Assembly: GCA_051294375.1 (NCBI GenBank)
Contig: CM119271.1
Span: 15,072,770 to 15,136,769 of the forward strand
Length of the DNA: 64,000 bases
Reading direction: 5' to 3'
DNA from: Paraspadella gotoi
Taxonomy: Eukaryota > Animalia > Chaetognatha
Within the stretch, counting starts at the first letter, position 1. Each line of letters opens with the position of its first letter. Of this stretch, positions 48,471 to 59,400 are shown one piece after another. Both the position numbers and the translations under genes were made by a program. The notes under the pieces are model-generated. The model made no database searches, had not been told where the DNA came from, and worked only from the letters and a program-made list of their open reading frames with translations.

Positions 48471-50946
48471 ATGCCGAGTGACTCTCGCATCGCCTCCTCT
48501 TCCTCACCCGACGTGGAGAAGGAACAACGCCAACTCGGCCTCGAGTTCGAGTGGATCCTCCGCCAAGAAGTCCGCCGCGTCCTCCAACAAGTCCGCCAGA
48601 TCCTCGATGAGTGCGCCAAGCGGTTCCGCCTCAAAGGTCGCGGCGGAGCCTGCGGTCAACTAGTCAAGCCCGAGAAGTTCGTGCTGAAGGGAGTCGTCGG
48701 CGGAGAGAACATCAAATGCGTCGCCACGTTGCTGGGGGACGTTATTTACGAGGCCGGTTCGTTTTTTAAATCGGATGATAAGTTTGGGGTTCTGCGGGTT
48801 AAGTTATTTAATCTCATTTGCATATTGCAGTATTTCCTTTAGTTTCTAAATAGGGTATTATACGTAGCTTAGTCGTAAGCTCTTATTCGGGAATCTTGAT
48901 TTGCTTTTTGTTTTTTACACATGGGTTTCGTGTACACTAGTGACTCCTTTCTCAACCCCACCCCTCCCTCCGTCCAGACGTTTCCCTCTCCCTCAAGACG
49001 GGCAGTCGCACGCATCATTACAAGACGCGCGTGAATCCTCAGTCGCCATGGAGACTCAATCAGATTCAGGATTCGGGGAATCTCCTCGCCCAAGCCATCA
49101 CCTTGCTGGAGCATCGCAGGCCGCTTCTCCAAGGTGGCGGGTGGAGGCGGTGTGGGAGACTGGGAGTCTTCAGAAGGTGGACTTAGATGGGCCGAGGTTG
49201 AGGTGTCATTTTAAGGGCTGGGCGGCTCATAATTATTCTATTAAAATATCACTATAATACTATGTAAACATTATGAATCAATGGGACGTTAAATTATTTA
49301 CTACTATACTAATGAGATTGTTGAACTAAGTATTACACTAAGAAACCATCTGTCACATCATCGGTGTATTTATGAATAAAGGAGGATCAAATTACTGTAT
49401 TTCTTAAAAGTAAAGATGGACCTGATCTCATTACAGATCCGGAGAAGGCGGCGGCGGCGGCTGCTGCCGAAGAGGCGATCCCTTACCCCGATTGTGGCGA
49501 GGAAGTGGTGAGCCTCTTGACTGACCTCATCTCCGCGATCCAGTCGGGTCAGGCTTCTCTCCTCAAACCCAAGCGTCGAACTCTGGAGGAATTGAAGACG
49601 ACTCCCAATCTCCAGTCTCTCGAGCCGGCCTTGCCCACGGAGGCAGTTTTGAGTTTTTACGTTCAGGTATTTGAGTACAGAGTAGCGGGAAGAAGAAGAA
49701 GAACAGAGTAGCGGGAAGGGGGACATAGCGAGACTGTTAATGCGTCCTTGCTCGTATTAACTTTTTACTCATCAATGATTAATCATCAATGATCAATTAT
49801 TAATCAGTTTCGGTCCCAGATATATTTGTTTCGAGTTTAGTTTTTATTCGCGTTCGAGTGTTGCTCCGTTGATATTGTGGCGAATCCTAAATTAGCCTCC
49901 CGTATAGCTTGGTGAAACTCAGCTCGTCCCAAAGGCTTGGACAGCTAAGTACTCGTTCACCAACCGTGAGTTCCGGGTTCAATCCCCTCATGGTCACACT
50001 GGTTAAAGTGTGATGGTGTCGGCTTAAACACGCCAGTGACGTGGGTTGGTCACTGCAGGTCCAAAGCCCTGAGCGCCAGCTGTCAGGGGATGCCTCACAC
50101 CCCAGGCATCACACATGTCCCCCGTTGCCATAATATTATATTAAAAAATATATGCTGATGCTAGTGCGGAGTACAATATAGTATTCCCCGATCTAATACT
50201 TTTCGGTCTTTTCATACAATTGAAACATTCTTTGAAACATTATACCACTTCATTGATAGGGAAGCCAGGTACTGTGGGAGTGAATAAACGAGATTATGAG
50301 AGAGCCTTGATTGAAAGTTTGTAGTGACCTGCTATGTCATTATCTTGTAAGAGTGATGGAGGCCTTAAACCACCAAAGCTTGTCAAAAGTCAGGGGCAAT
50401 ATAGCTTATTTATTAAATGAATGGATAGTTTTTATATTGGTTGTACCAATTTCATATATATTAAAAAACAAAACTTTGAAAGATAAAATTGTTATAGGAA
50501 AAGTTTTGCGTCATTGAATTGAAGCGTTTCGGTGCTGGAATGAAAAAGAGGAAAAGAATTAGGAGAATTAGCATCAAGATCAGCAAGGGAGAGTAAAGAA
50601 GAAAGAATGATTATTATTGAAGGCTGGATTCAGCCGCCTTGTTTGATTAACCGAAAATATTCTTCTTAACATCATTGTACTTACCCCACGTCCTTATTCT
50701 CCTTTTACCCCACAGTCGAGCTCCCTGATCCTCACCGCTTACCAACTCCAGCCCAGCGGCGCCGTTTCCTCCAGCACCTCGTCGAAGGGCGCCGAGTCCG
50801 GCGGCGTCCTCCAGCGCTTCCAGGCCGAGTCGCCCGTTGCCTGGCTGCATGAGGTTCTCATGCTGTTTTCCATCGCGCTCCAACTCTGCCAACAACTCAA
50901 GGACAAGATTCTTGTTCTGCAACGCTGCTTTTTGGAGACTGAATAA
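48471..50946 (+). CDS. ROGDI: Protein rogdi (exons ~48471-48755, 48978-49132, 49437-49666, 50715-50946)
   Basis: LEFEWILRQEVRRVLQQVRQILDECAKRF; WRLNQIQDSGN; LEPALPTEAVLSFYVQ; VAWLHEVLMLFSIALQLCQQLKDKI. Confidence 0.93.
49876..50132 (+). mobile_element. Twister-ribozyme LTR-like element, family A (ribozyme ~49999-50079)
   Basis: TGTGGCGAA...GTTGCCATA, TSD ATAT/ATAT, B box GGGTTCAATCC. Twister core intact apart from one P1 mismatch. Lies in a Rogdi intron. Confidence 0.9.
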
Positions 50947-52645
50947 AGATTGAGGGTTGAGATTGTAGAATGGTGGGAATTGAAAAGGGGTCGGCCTCCA
51001 TTTCCCCTTTCCTTCAATTCATAGTCATGTCACAATACCTTGTCTTTCATTTTTCCAAAACTTTTCCCCAATTTTTTTTTGTGATTGATACTTTTTTCCA
51101 AGAAATGCGAATGCTCTTATTTTTTGGTTGGTTCAATCGTTCGTTGTCTTTGATATCAACCCCGAAAGTTTCTGTCGTTAGGATTTAATTTTTTCTTAAT
51201 ACGAAGCGTTACATGATTGCCTGCATGAGAGTACGACTTTATTTTGCTTAGTTGAGTAATAAGTAGACGCGAAGGCAGTCTTTTAAATTATTTACGACTA
51301 AAAAGTGTCTCTCTACTGAGCCTCGTCGGAGCTTTTTTGCTTTAATTACTCACCGCGACCTCGAATCATGTAACAGCACGAAAAAAAAAATTGCACGTTC
51401 GCAGAGGCCACCGCAATTAGGCATTAGTGCTCACAGTTTTTATCGAGTTAATCCCTCAAAACACCGCATGTTGTTCGTTATCCTTGCTCCAAAACTGATT
51501 TTTAGACGAGTTTTTTCCCTAAAATCTGCCAATTTCTTCCTCATTCCGAAATATATATAAAAAGACAACTTTTTCTAGATGCTAGAACACATATCGTTTA
51601 TATCCACCTCACTCGTGTAACAGTGAATTTTAGATTTCAGGTGAAATAGCGACGTGTAAATTGTACCCATTTATTCGGTGGTGCAGAAATTTAATCCTGG
51701 TTACTAATTATCAGTCAATATGATATTTTAGAATTTAGATTCACTTTTATTTTTTTGGATTGAAGATGGTTTTAATTTCCACTTTTTCAAGTTAAAAGTC
51801 GCTACTAAAAATCAACTTCCCGTGTAAAACCACTTGTTTTTTTTTTTTTTTTTTTGGTTCGGGATCGGAATGCCCTGTATTCTTCCAATTTTTTTCCCCG
51901 AACTTATGGCCTTATTTTTTTGCGCATTTGTACCAAGTTTTTGTTTAGTTTGAAAAAAAAAAAGTAGAAAAATCTAGTCAAAGAAAAAAATTTAATAAAA
52001 CCCGTTTTATTTTCTCTTTGCTAATTCATCTTAAGTCAAAGAATTTTTTCTGCAATAAAAGAAATTAAGAATGACTCAGCTAGATTTCGCAAACTCGTGA
52101 CTAGACGAATGGCGCCGCGTGAAATTTGAAAAAGAGTTAATTGCACTAAGGAGCTGCGCAGTTTACGAGAACAGACAAAAACGAAAAAATTGAAAGAAAA
52201 TAATAATAAAGACAAAAGATGATGCGGTTTCTCGGTTCAAGCAAAGCGTCGCTTCGCTTTCCATTTCGCATCGCATCGCGATGTTTTTCTGACGCGACTG
52301 GTAATTAGATCAATTAACCGCTAGATCAGCGATGCTAAGTGCTAAATATTTCAAAAAAAAAAACTAGTTTCAAACTAAGTTAAAATAATTATGTGCAGTT
52401 GAATGTTTCGGGTCACAAAAAAGTGTGCCATTATTAACAAGATTTTAGCTCGGAGTTTCGCCCATCCCTTTGGTTATCTTACATATTATTTTAAACAATT
52501 TTAACTGGATGAAACCTCATTGATGGCCTTTTATCCAGTCCCGACCATCCATTCCCGCCTCCCTTCTCGCCTCACCTCTTCCCTGATCCCTCCTCCATTC
52601 TCCGCCATCTGCTTATCCTATTCCTCCATCCGTCTCTTCGGTGGG

Positions 52646-52987
52646 ATGTGGTCTACTGGTCTCGATTGGGATGACGATGACCCCAAAGGACGCCGCCCAG
52701 ACGGCGGCAAGGTCGCCGACCCCAAGTCGCCTTTAAACAACAATGCCGCCTTTCCGCCAAACTATCCGCATCAACCACCTTCGTCTGACAAGACCGACCA
52801 CGATGACGCTGCTGGCTTCACCGCCAGCTCTAAAGGCGCCCTGCAAACGGTGGTGGCGCTGACGGTTGCCGTAGCCGCCGTCGCCGTCTTCTTCGTTCGC
52901 CATGCCGAGATCCGGGATCCGGTTTCAAGCAGCCCTGGGCTTTCTGTCGTACCGACGAAAAAGACGCCACAATACCGCAAACCATAA
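52646..52987 (+). CDS. Hypothetical single-TM protein (paralogs at ~53249-53446, partial, and 54587-55012)
   Basis: Open GC-rich frame MWSTGLDWDDDDPKG...VVALTVAVAAVAVFFVRH...KTPQYRKP, kept in frame across diverged duplicates. No family recognised. Confidence 0.35.
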   Translation: MWSTGLDWDDDDPKGRRPDGGKVADPKSPLNNNAAFPPNYPHQPPSSDKTDHDDAAGFTASSKGALQTVVALTVAVAAVAVFFVRHAEIRDPVSSSPGLSVVPTKKTPQYRKP

Positions 52988-54586
52988 TTTTCCATATGAT
53001 TGTTAGAAACATTCTAACACTACAGTCACTGGTAAACGACGGGTTAATTGTATTTATATTCATAATTTTTTTGTATCATTTGTATCTATTCTAAAAAGAA
53101 AGTTTGGTAAAAGAATGTCTTTTTTTTCCATCTGCGTTTTTTTTAAGAAAAGACGAAGGACCAGATTTATTAATCCATTAAATTTTACTAGTTTTTTGAC
53201 AAACTATTTTTGGGAAAGACAATTTTTACGAGTTTATGACGAGATTTGTCTGACAAGACAGACCACAACGACGCTGCTGGCTTCTGCACCGCTGGCTTTA
53301 AAGGTGCCCTATGGACAGCGGTGGTGCTGACGGTCGCCGCAGCCGCCGTCTTCGTCCGCCATGCCGAGATCCGGGATCTGGTTTCAAGCGGCTTCGGGCT
53401 TTCCGTCATATCGACGATAAAGACGCCACAATACCGCAAACCATAATTTTGGCCGATGAAGAGACGAGACTGATGGAAGCCTTGAACCAGTTGCAGCAAG
53501 AAAAGGCAATGGCGAAAGAAGAGGAAGAGAAGATTATTTCATTTCTTGAAAATTTTTTGTTAGATTCGTTTTGTTAAATATGCTACTTTTTGAAAGCTCA
53601 ATATCAACTACGCTATTTTGATTTGTACTTTTTAGTTTGTTTAGAGTATGCGCATGCAGTGATAAAAAAAGCCCCTGATTCGTAATGGTGGCCCTTTTCG
53701 CGCTTAATCCCTAATTCGTTTTTAAATAGTCCGTTCCATACAGTGTTTACTGATTATTATTAAAGGCTGGATTCTGCCTCCTTGTTTGATTAACCAATTA
53801 TATACTTCTTAACAGCATTGTACTTGCCCCACAACATGAAGATGGTTTTAATTTTCACTTTTTCAAGTTACAAGTTGCTACTAAAAACCGAGTTTTTGTT
53901 TGGTTTAAAAAAAAAAGTAGAAATATCTAGTCAAAGAAAAAAAAGTTAATAAAACCCGTTTTATTTTCTCTTTGCTAATCCATCTTAAGTCAAAGAATTT
54001 TTCCTGTAATAAAAGAAATTGAGAATGACTCAGCTAGATTTCGCAAACTCGTGACTCTAGACGAAATGGGCGCTGATGAAATTTGAAAAGAGTTCTCTGC
54101 TTAAATTGCACTCAGGAGCTGCGCAGTTTAGGAGAACAGACAAAACGAAAAAATTGAAAGAAAATAATAATAAAGACAAAAGATGATGCGGTTTTGTGGT
54201 TCAAGCAAAGCGTCGCTTCGTTTCCATTTCGCTTCAACGCCGGAAGAACTTGCAAATATGGTAATTAAATCAATTGACCGCTCGATCAGCGATGCTAAAA
54301 ATTTTTTTTTCAAACTAAGTTAAAAATTTTGTTTGCAGTTGAATGTTTCGGGTCACAAAAAAGTGTACCATTAACATGATTTTAGCTCGGAGTTTCGCCC
54401 ATCCCTTTGGTTTACTTTACATATTATTTTAAACATTTTAAACAATTTTAACATGATGAAACCTCATTGACGGCCTTTTGTCAGTCCCGACCATCCATGC
54501 CGCCTCTATCCTCAACATCTTCCCTGATCCCTCCTCCATTCTCCGCCATCTGCTTAACCTCTTCCTCCGTCCGTCTCTTCGGCGGG

Positions 54587-55012
54587 ATGTGGTCTACTGG
54601 TCTTGATTGGGAGGACGACGACCCCAAAGGACGCCGCCCGGATGGTGCCGATGTCGCCGACCCCAAGTCGCCTTTAAACAACAACGCCGCCTTTCCGCCA
54701 AACTATCCGCATCGACCGCCTTCTTCCGACAAGACCCACCACGACGCCGCTAGCTTCGGCACCGCCGGCTCTAAAGGCGTCAAAGGCGCCCTGCAGACGG
54801 CGGTGGCGCTGATGGTCGCCGCCGTCGCCGTCTTCTTCGTCCGTCACACCGAGATCCGGGATCCGGTTTCAAGCGGCCCCGGGCTTGCCGTCGTATCGAC
54901 GAAAAAGACGCCACAATACCGCAAACCGGCGTCCGGAACCGACGCCGGTGCGCACGTACCTCAGTCCGACACGCCCACTGTAATTTGGCGTCGCGTGAAG
55001 GCCACGTTATGA
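54587..55012 (+). CDS. Hypothetical single-TM protein, longer paralog
   Basis: Paralog of 52646-52987 with in-frame indels and a C-terminal extension. Confidence 0.35.
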   Translation: MWSTGLDWEDDDPKGRRPDGADVADPKSPLNNNAAFPPNYPHRPPSSDKTHHDAASFGTAGSKGVKGALQTAVALMVAAVAVFFVRHTEIRDPVSSGPGLAVVSTKKTPQYRKPASGTDAGAHVPQSDTPTVIWRRVKATL

Positions 55013-55877
55013 GTTGGCGACTGTCCGTTTGATCCAAACTTTTATCCGTCATTCTATATATCCGTTCGCCTGTCTGCCTTTTCTTTTTTGTTAGACTTGG
55101 ATCATTGTTTTTCAACGCTTATTCAAATAAGTTTGTTTAATTATTTATATTGAGATGAACAATAAGTAAGTTGGCCTTTCACGCGACATTTGTCTCTTTT
55201 CCTGCCAAAGAGTAAATCTCCGGCTGAAAAGGACGTTTTGGATGACCCCTGGAGACATATGGGCAAATGAAAAGTTCCAAAGGGCCAAGAGTTCAAACAT
55301 GGGTCATGCAGAGCCTCTCTTAACTTGGTCGATTCTAAAAGAAAGAATATTTACGTAATTTTCCATATGATTGTTAGAAACATTCTAACGCTGCAGTCAC
55401 TGGTAAACGACGGGTTAATTGTATTTATATTCGTAATTTTTATGTATCAATTGTATCTATTGTAAAAAGAAAGTCTGGTAAAAGAATGTCTTTTTTTTTC
55501 CCCCGTCTGTGTATTTCTTAAGAAAAGACAAAGGACCACATTTATTAATCCGATAAATTTTACTAGTTAGTTATTTGACAAACTATTTTCGGGAAAGACA
55601 ATTTTTACGAGTTTAAGACGAGATTTTCTCCAATAAAAGTAAACGATGTTGGCCGATGAAGAGACGAGACTGATGGAAGCCTTGAACCAGTTGCAGCAAG
55701 AAAAGGCAAAGGCGAAAGAAGAGGAACAGAAGGTTATTTCATTTCTTTAAAATTTTTGGTTAGATTCGTTTTGTTAAATATGCTACTTTTTGAACGCTCA
55801 ACATCAACTATGCTATTTTGAATTGTACTTTTTAAGTTCGTTCAGAGTATGCGCGTGCAGTGATAAAAAAGCCCCTG

Positions 55878-56132
55878 TGTGGTGGTATATTCACACCACC
55901 TCACGTCCACGATCATTCAGCCAATACCGTTGGCTCAGAGGGGGAACACACCATCCCAGGCGTTGTGTTCCATCCGCTGTCCTAACGACTTCCCTCTCCG
56001 TTGGCAAAGCGAAACCGTCCTAGGGTAACCGCGCCAGTGACTGGAGGCGTCACTGAGGGTCGGAAGCCCCCAAAGCCAACAGTAAGATGCCCCATCCCAA
56101 TGGGCATCACAGACAATCCGACTGTTGCCATA
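55878..56132 (+). mobile_element. Twister-ribozyme LTR-like element, family B (catalytic G mutated to A)
   Basis: TGTGGTGG...GTTGCCATA, flanks CCTG/CCTA. Empty paralogous site GCCCCTG|ATTCG at ~53671. A box TGGCTCAGAGG, B-like GTGTTCCATCC. Twister at 56000-56080 has GCGA-AA-CCG. Confidence 0.85.
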
Positions 56133-56443
56133 CCTAGTGTTCCGATAACCGTTAAGAGTTAACGGTTATTAACGTTTAATTATAATTTTAAATTAACCAT
56201 TAATATATTTATTTTAACGGTTAAATTCGGTTAATTTTCAAATACGATTTTTGTTATTATTTGTTAGGAAATCTTTGATTTTTTAAAAGAAAAATATTTT
56301 TTCCCGTCCTCTCTTATTCTCCTCTCCCTCTCTTACCATATTTTCCTCCCTCTCTCTCTTCTTCATTTTTTCAATGTTTTTTTTCATCTTTTCTTATCAA
56401 ACCCAATCTTTTTTCTATCCTAATCTTACTTATTCTTTCTTAT

Positions 56444-59400
56444 ATGCAAAGTGACTCTCGCATCGCCTCCTCTTCCCTCACCCGAAACGTGGAGAAGGAA
56501 CAACGCCAACTCGAGCCTCGAGTTCGAGTGGATCCTCCGCCAAGGAATTCCGCCGCGTCCTCCAACAAGTTTCCGCCAGATCCTGCGATGAGTGCGCCAA
56601 GCGGTTTCCGGCCTCAAATGGCGCGGCGGAGCCTGCGGTTACAATAGTCAACCCGAGAGATAATCTCGTGCTGAAAGGGAGTCCGTCGGCGAGAGAACAT
56701 CAAATGCGTGTCGGCACGTTGCTGTGGGGACGTTATTTACGGAGGCGGATTTCGTTTTTTTAAATCCCGGATTTGTAAATAAGCTTTGGGTGTTCTGCGG
56801 AGTTAAGTTTTATTTAATCTCATTTGCATATTGCCTGGATATATTCCCTTTAGTTTCTAAATAGGGTATTATACGTATGCTTAGGTCGTTAAGCTCTTAT
56901 TCAGGGAATCTTGATTGTGCTTTTGTTGTTTTACACATGGGTGTCGTGTACACTTAGTGACATCCTCTTCTCAACCCCACCCCTCCCTCCGCCAGACCGT
57001 TGTCCCTCTCCCTCAAAGACGGCAGTCCGCACCGCATACATTACAAGAACGCGCGTGAAATCCTCGCAGTCCGCTGCCATGGAGACTCAATCAGATTCAG
57101 GATTACGGCGGAATCTCCTCGCCCAAGCCCCTCACCTTGCTGGAGGCATCGACACGGCCGCTTACTCCCAAGGTGCGAGCGTGTGGAGGCGGTGTGGGAG
57201 ACTGGGAGTCTTCAGAAAGTGGACTAGATGGGCGATGGTTGAGGTGTCCATTTTTAAGGGCTGGGCGGACTCATAATTTTCTATAAAAATATCACTTAAT
57301 ACTATTGGTAAAACATCTATGAATCAATGGGACGTTAAAATTTATTAACTACTATAACTAATGAGATTTGTTTTGAAACTAATATTACACTAAGAAACCA
57401 TCTGGTCACATCATCGGATTGTATTTATGGAATAAAGGAGGATCAAATAATTACTTGTATTTCTTTAAAAAGGTAAAGAAGATCGGACTAGATCTCATTA
57501 AGATCCGTGAGAAAGGCGGCGGCGGCGGCTGCTGCCGAAGAGGCGATCCCTTATCGACCCGATGTGTGCGAGGAAGTGGTGAGCCTCCTTGATCCGACCT
57601 CATCTCCGCGATCCAGTCGGGTCAGGCTTCTCTCCTCACAACCCAAGCGTCGAACTCTGGAGGATTGAAGAGACGACTCCCAATCTCCTAGTCTCATCGA
57701 GTCCGGCTTAGCCCTACGGAGGTAGTTTTTGAGTTTTACTACGTTCAGGTATTTGAGTACAGAGTAGCGGGAAGAAGAACAGAAAGAAACGAGAGTAGCG
57801 GAGGAGAGGGGACATAGCTCGAGACTGTTAAATGCAGATCCTTGCTCGTAATTAACTCTTTTACTGCATCAATGAATAATATGCATCAAATGATCAATTA
57901 TTAACTCTTCCGAGTTCGAGTCCAGACTATATTTGTTTCGAGTTTAGTTTTTATTCGCGTTCGAGTGTTGCTCGCCGTTAGATATTGATAGGCGAATCCT
58001 TAATTAGCCTCCCGAATTATAGCTTGTGAACATACAGCTCGTCCCAAAGGCTTGGACAGCTCTAAGTACTCAGTTACCAACCGTGAGTTCGGGTTCAATC
58101 CCCTCAATGGTCCCAACTGGTTAAAAGTGTGATGGTGTCGGCTTAAACACAGCTCAGATGACGTGGGTTGGTCACTGCAGGTCCACAGCCTGAGGAACCA
58201 GCTGTCAGGGGATGCCTACACCCCAGGCATCACACATGTCACCCGTTGCCATAATATTATATAATTAAAAAATATATGGCTGATCTTAGGTCGCGGGAAA
58301 GTACAACTAATAGTAATTCCAACCGATCTAATGACTTTTACAGGTCTTTTCATACATTTGTAATACATTTCTTTGAACAATCAAAAATTAACCAGCTTCA
58401 TTGATAGGGAAGCCAGGAAGCTTACTCTGCTGAAAGTTGATGTGAATAAACGAGATTATGAGAGAGCCTGATGAAGTTTTTAGTTAGTGACCTGCTATGT
58501 CATCTAATTTGTAAGGAGTGATGGAAGCACTTAAACACCAAAGCTTGTCATAGTCAAGAGGGCAATATAGCTTATTTTAATTTAAATGAATGGATAGTGC
58601 TTTTTATATTGGTTGTACCAATATTTCATATATATTAAAAAACAACACTTTGGAAAGAATAAAATTGATTATAAGGAAAATGTTTTGCGTTCATTGAATT
58701 GAAGCGTTTCGGTGCTGGAATGAAAAAGGGAAAAGAATTAGGAGAAATTAGCACATCAAGAAAATCGCAAGGGAGAGTAAAGAAGAAAAAGTAATGAATT
58801 ATTATTGAAGGCTGGGATCAAAGCCGCCTTGTTTGATTAAACCGAAAATATTTCTTCTTACATCAATCATTGTACTTACCCCACGTACCTTTTCTCCTCT
58901 TTACCCACAGTCGAGGTCCCTCCTGTCTCACCCTTACCAACTCCAGCCAGCGGCGCCGTTTCCTCCAGCACCTCGTCGAAGGGCGGCGCATCCGGGCGGC
59001 GTCCTCCAGCGCTTCCAGGCCGAGTCGCCCCGTTGCCTGGCTGCATGAGGTTCTCAATGCTGTTTTCCATCGCGCTCCAACTCTGCAAACAACTCAAGGA
59101 CAAGATTCTTGTTCTGCAACGTGCTTTTTGGAGACTGAATAAAGATTGAAGGTTGAGATTGTAAGAATTGGTGGAATTGAAAAGGGGTCGGCCTCATTTC
59201 CCCTTTCTTCATCATAGTCATGTCACAATACCTTGTCTTTCATTTTTCCAAAAACTTTTCCCGCAATTTTTTTTGTGATTGATACTTTTTTTCCAAGAAA
59301 TGCGAATGCCTCTTATTTTTGGTTGGTCAACTCGTTCGTTGTCTTTGATAGTCAACCTCCGAAAGTTTCTTCTTAGATTTAATTTTTTCTTAATACGAAG

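Larger units (their letters stand above)
51761..55877 (+). repeat. Older diverged tandem duplication (~2-kb units at ~51761-53680 and ~53836-55877)
   Basis: Shared blocks such as TGAAGATGGTTTTAATTT, GAATGACTCAGCTAGATTTCGCAAACTCGTGAC and GCCGATGAAGAGACGAGACTGATGGAAGCC. 53751-53831 also copies the Rogdi intron at 50609-50689. Confidence 0.85.

Noticed and set aside
56444-59140. Functional second Rogdi gene
   Set aside because: Numerous frameshifts as assembled, so it cannot be called functional from this sequence.
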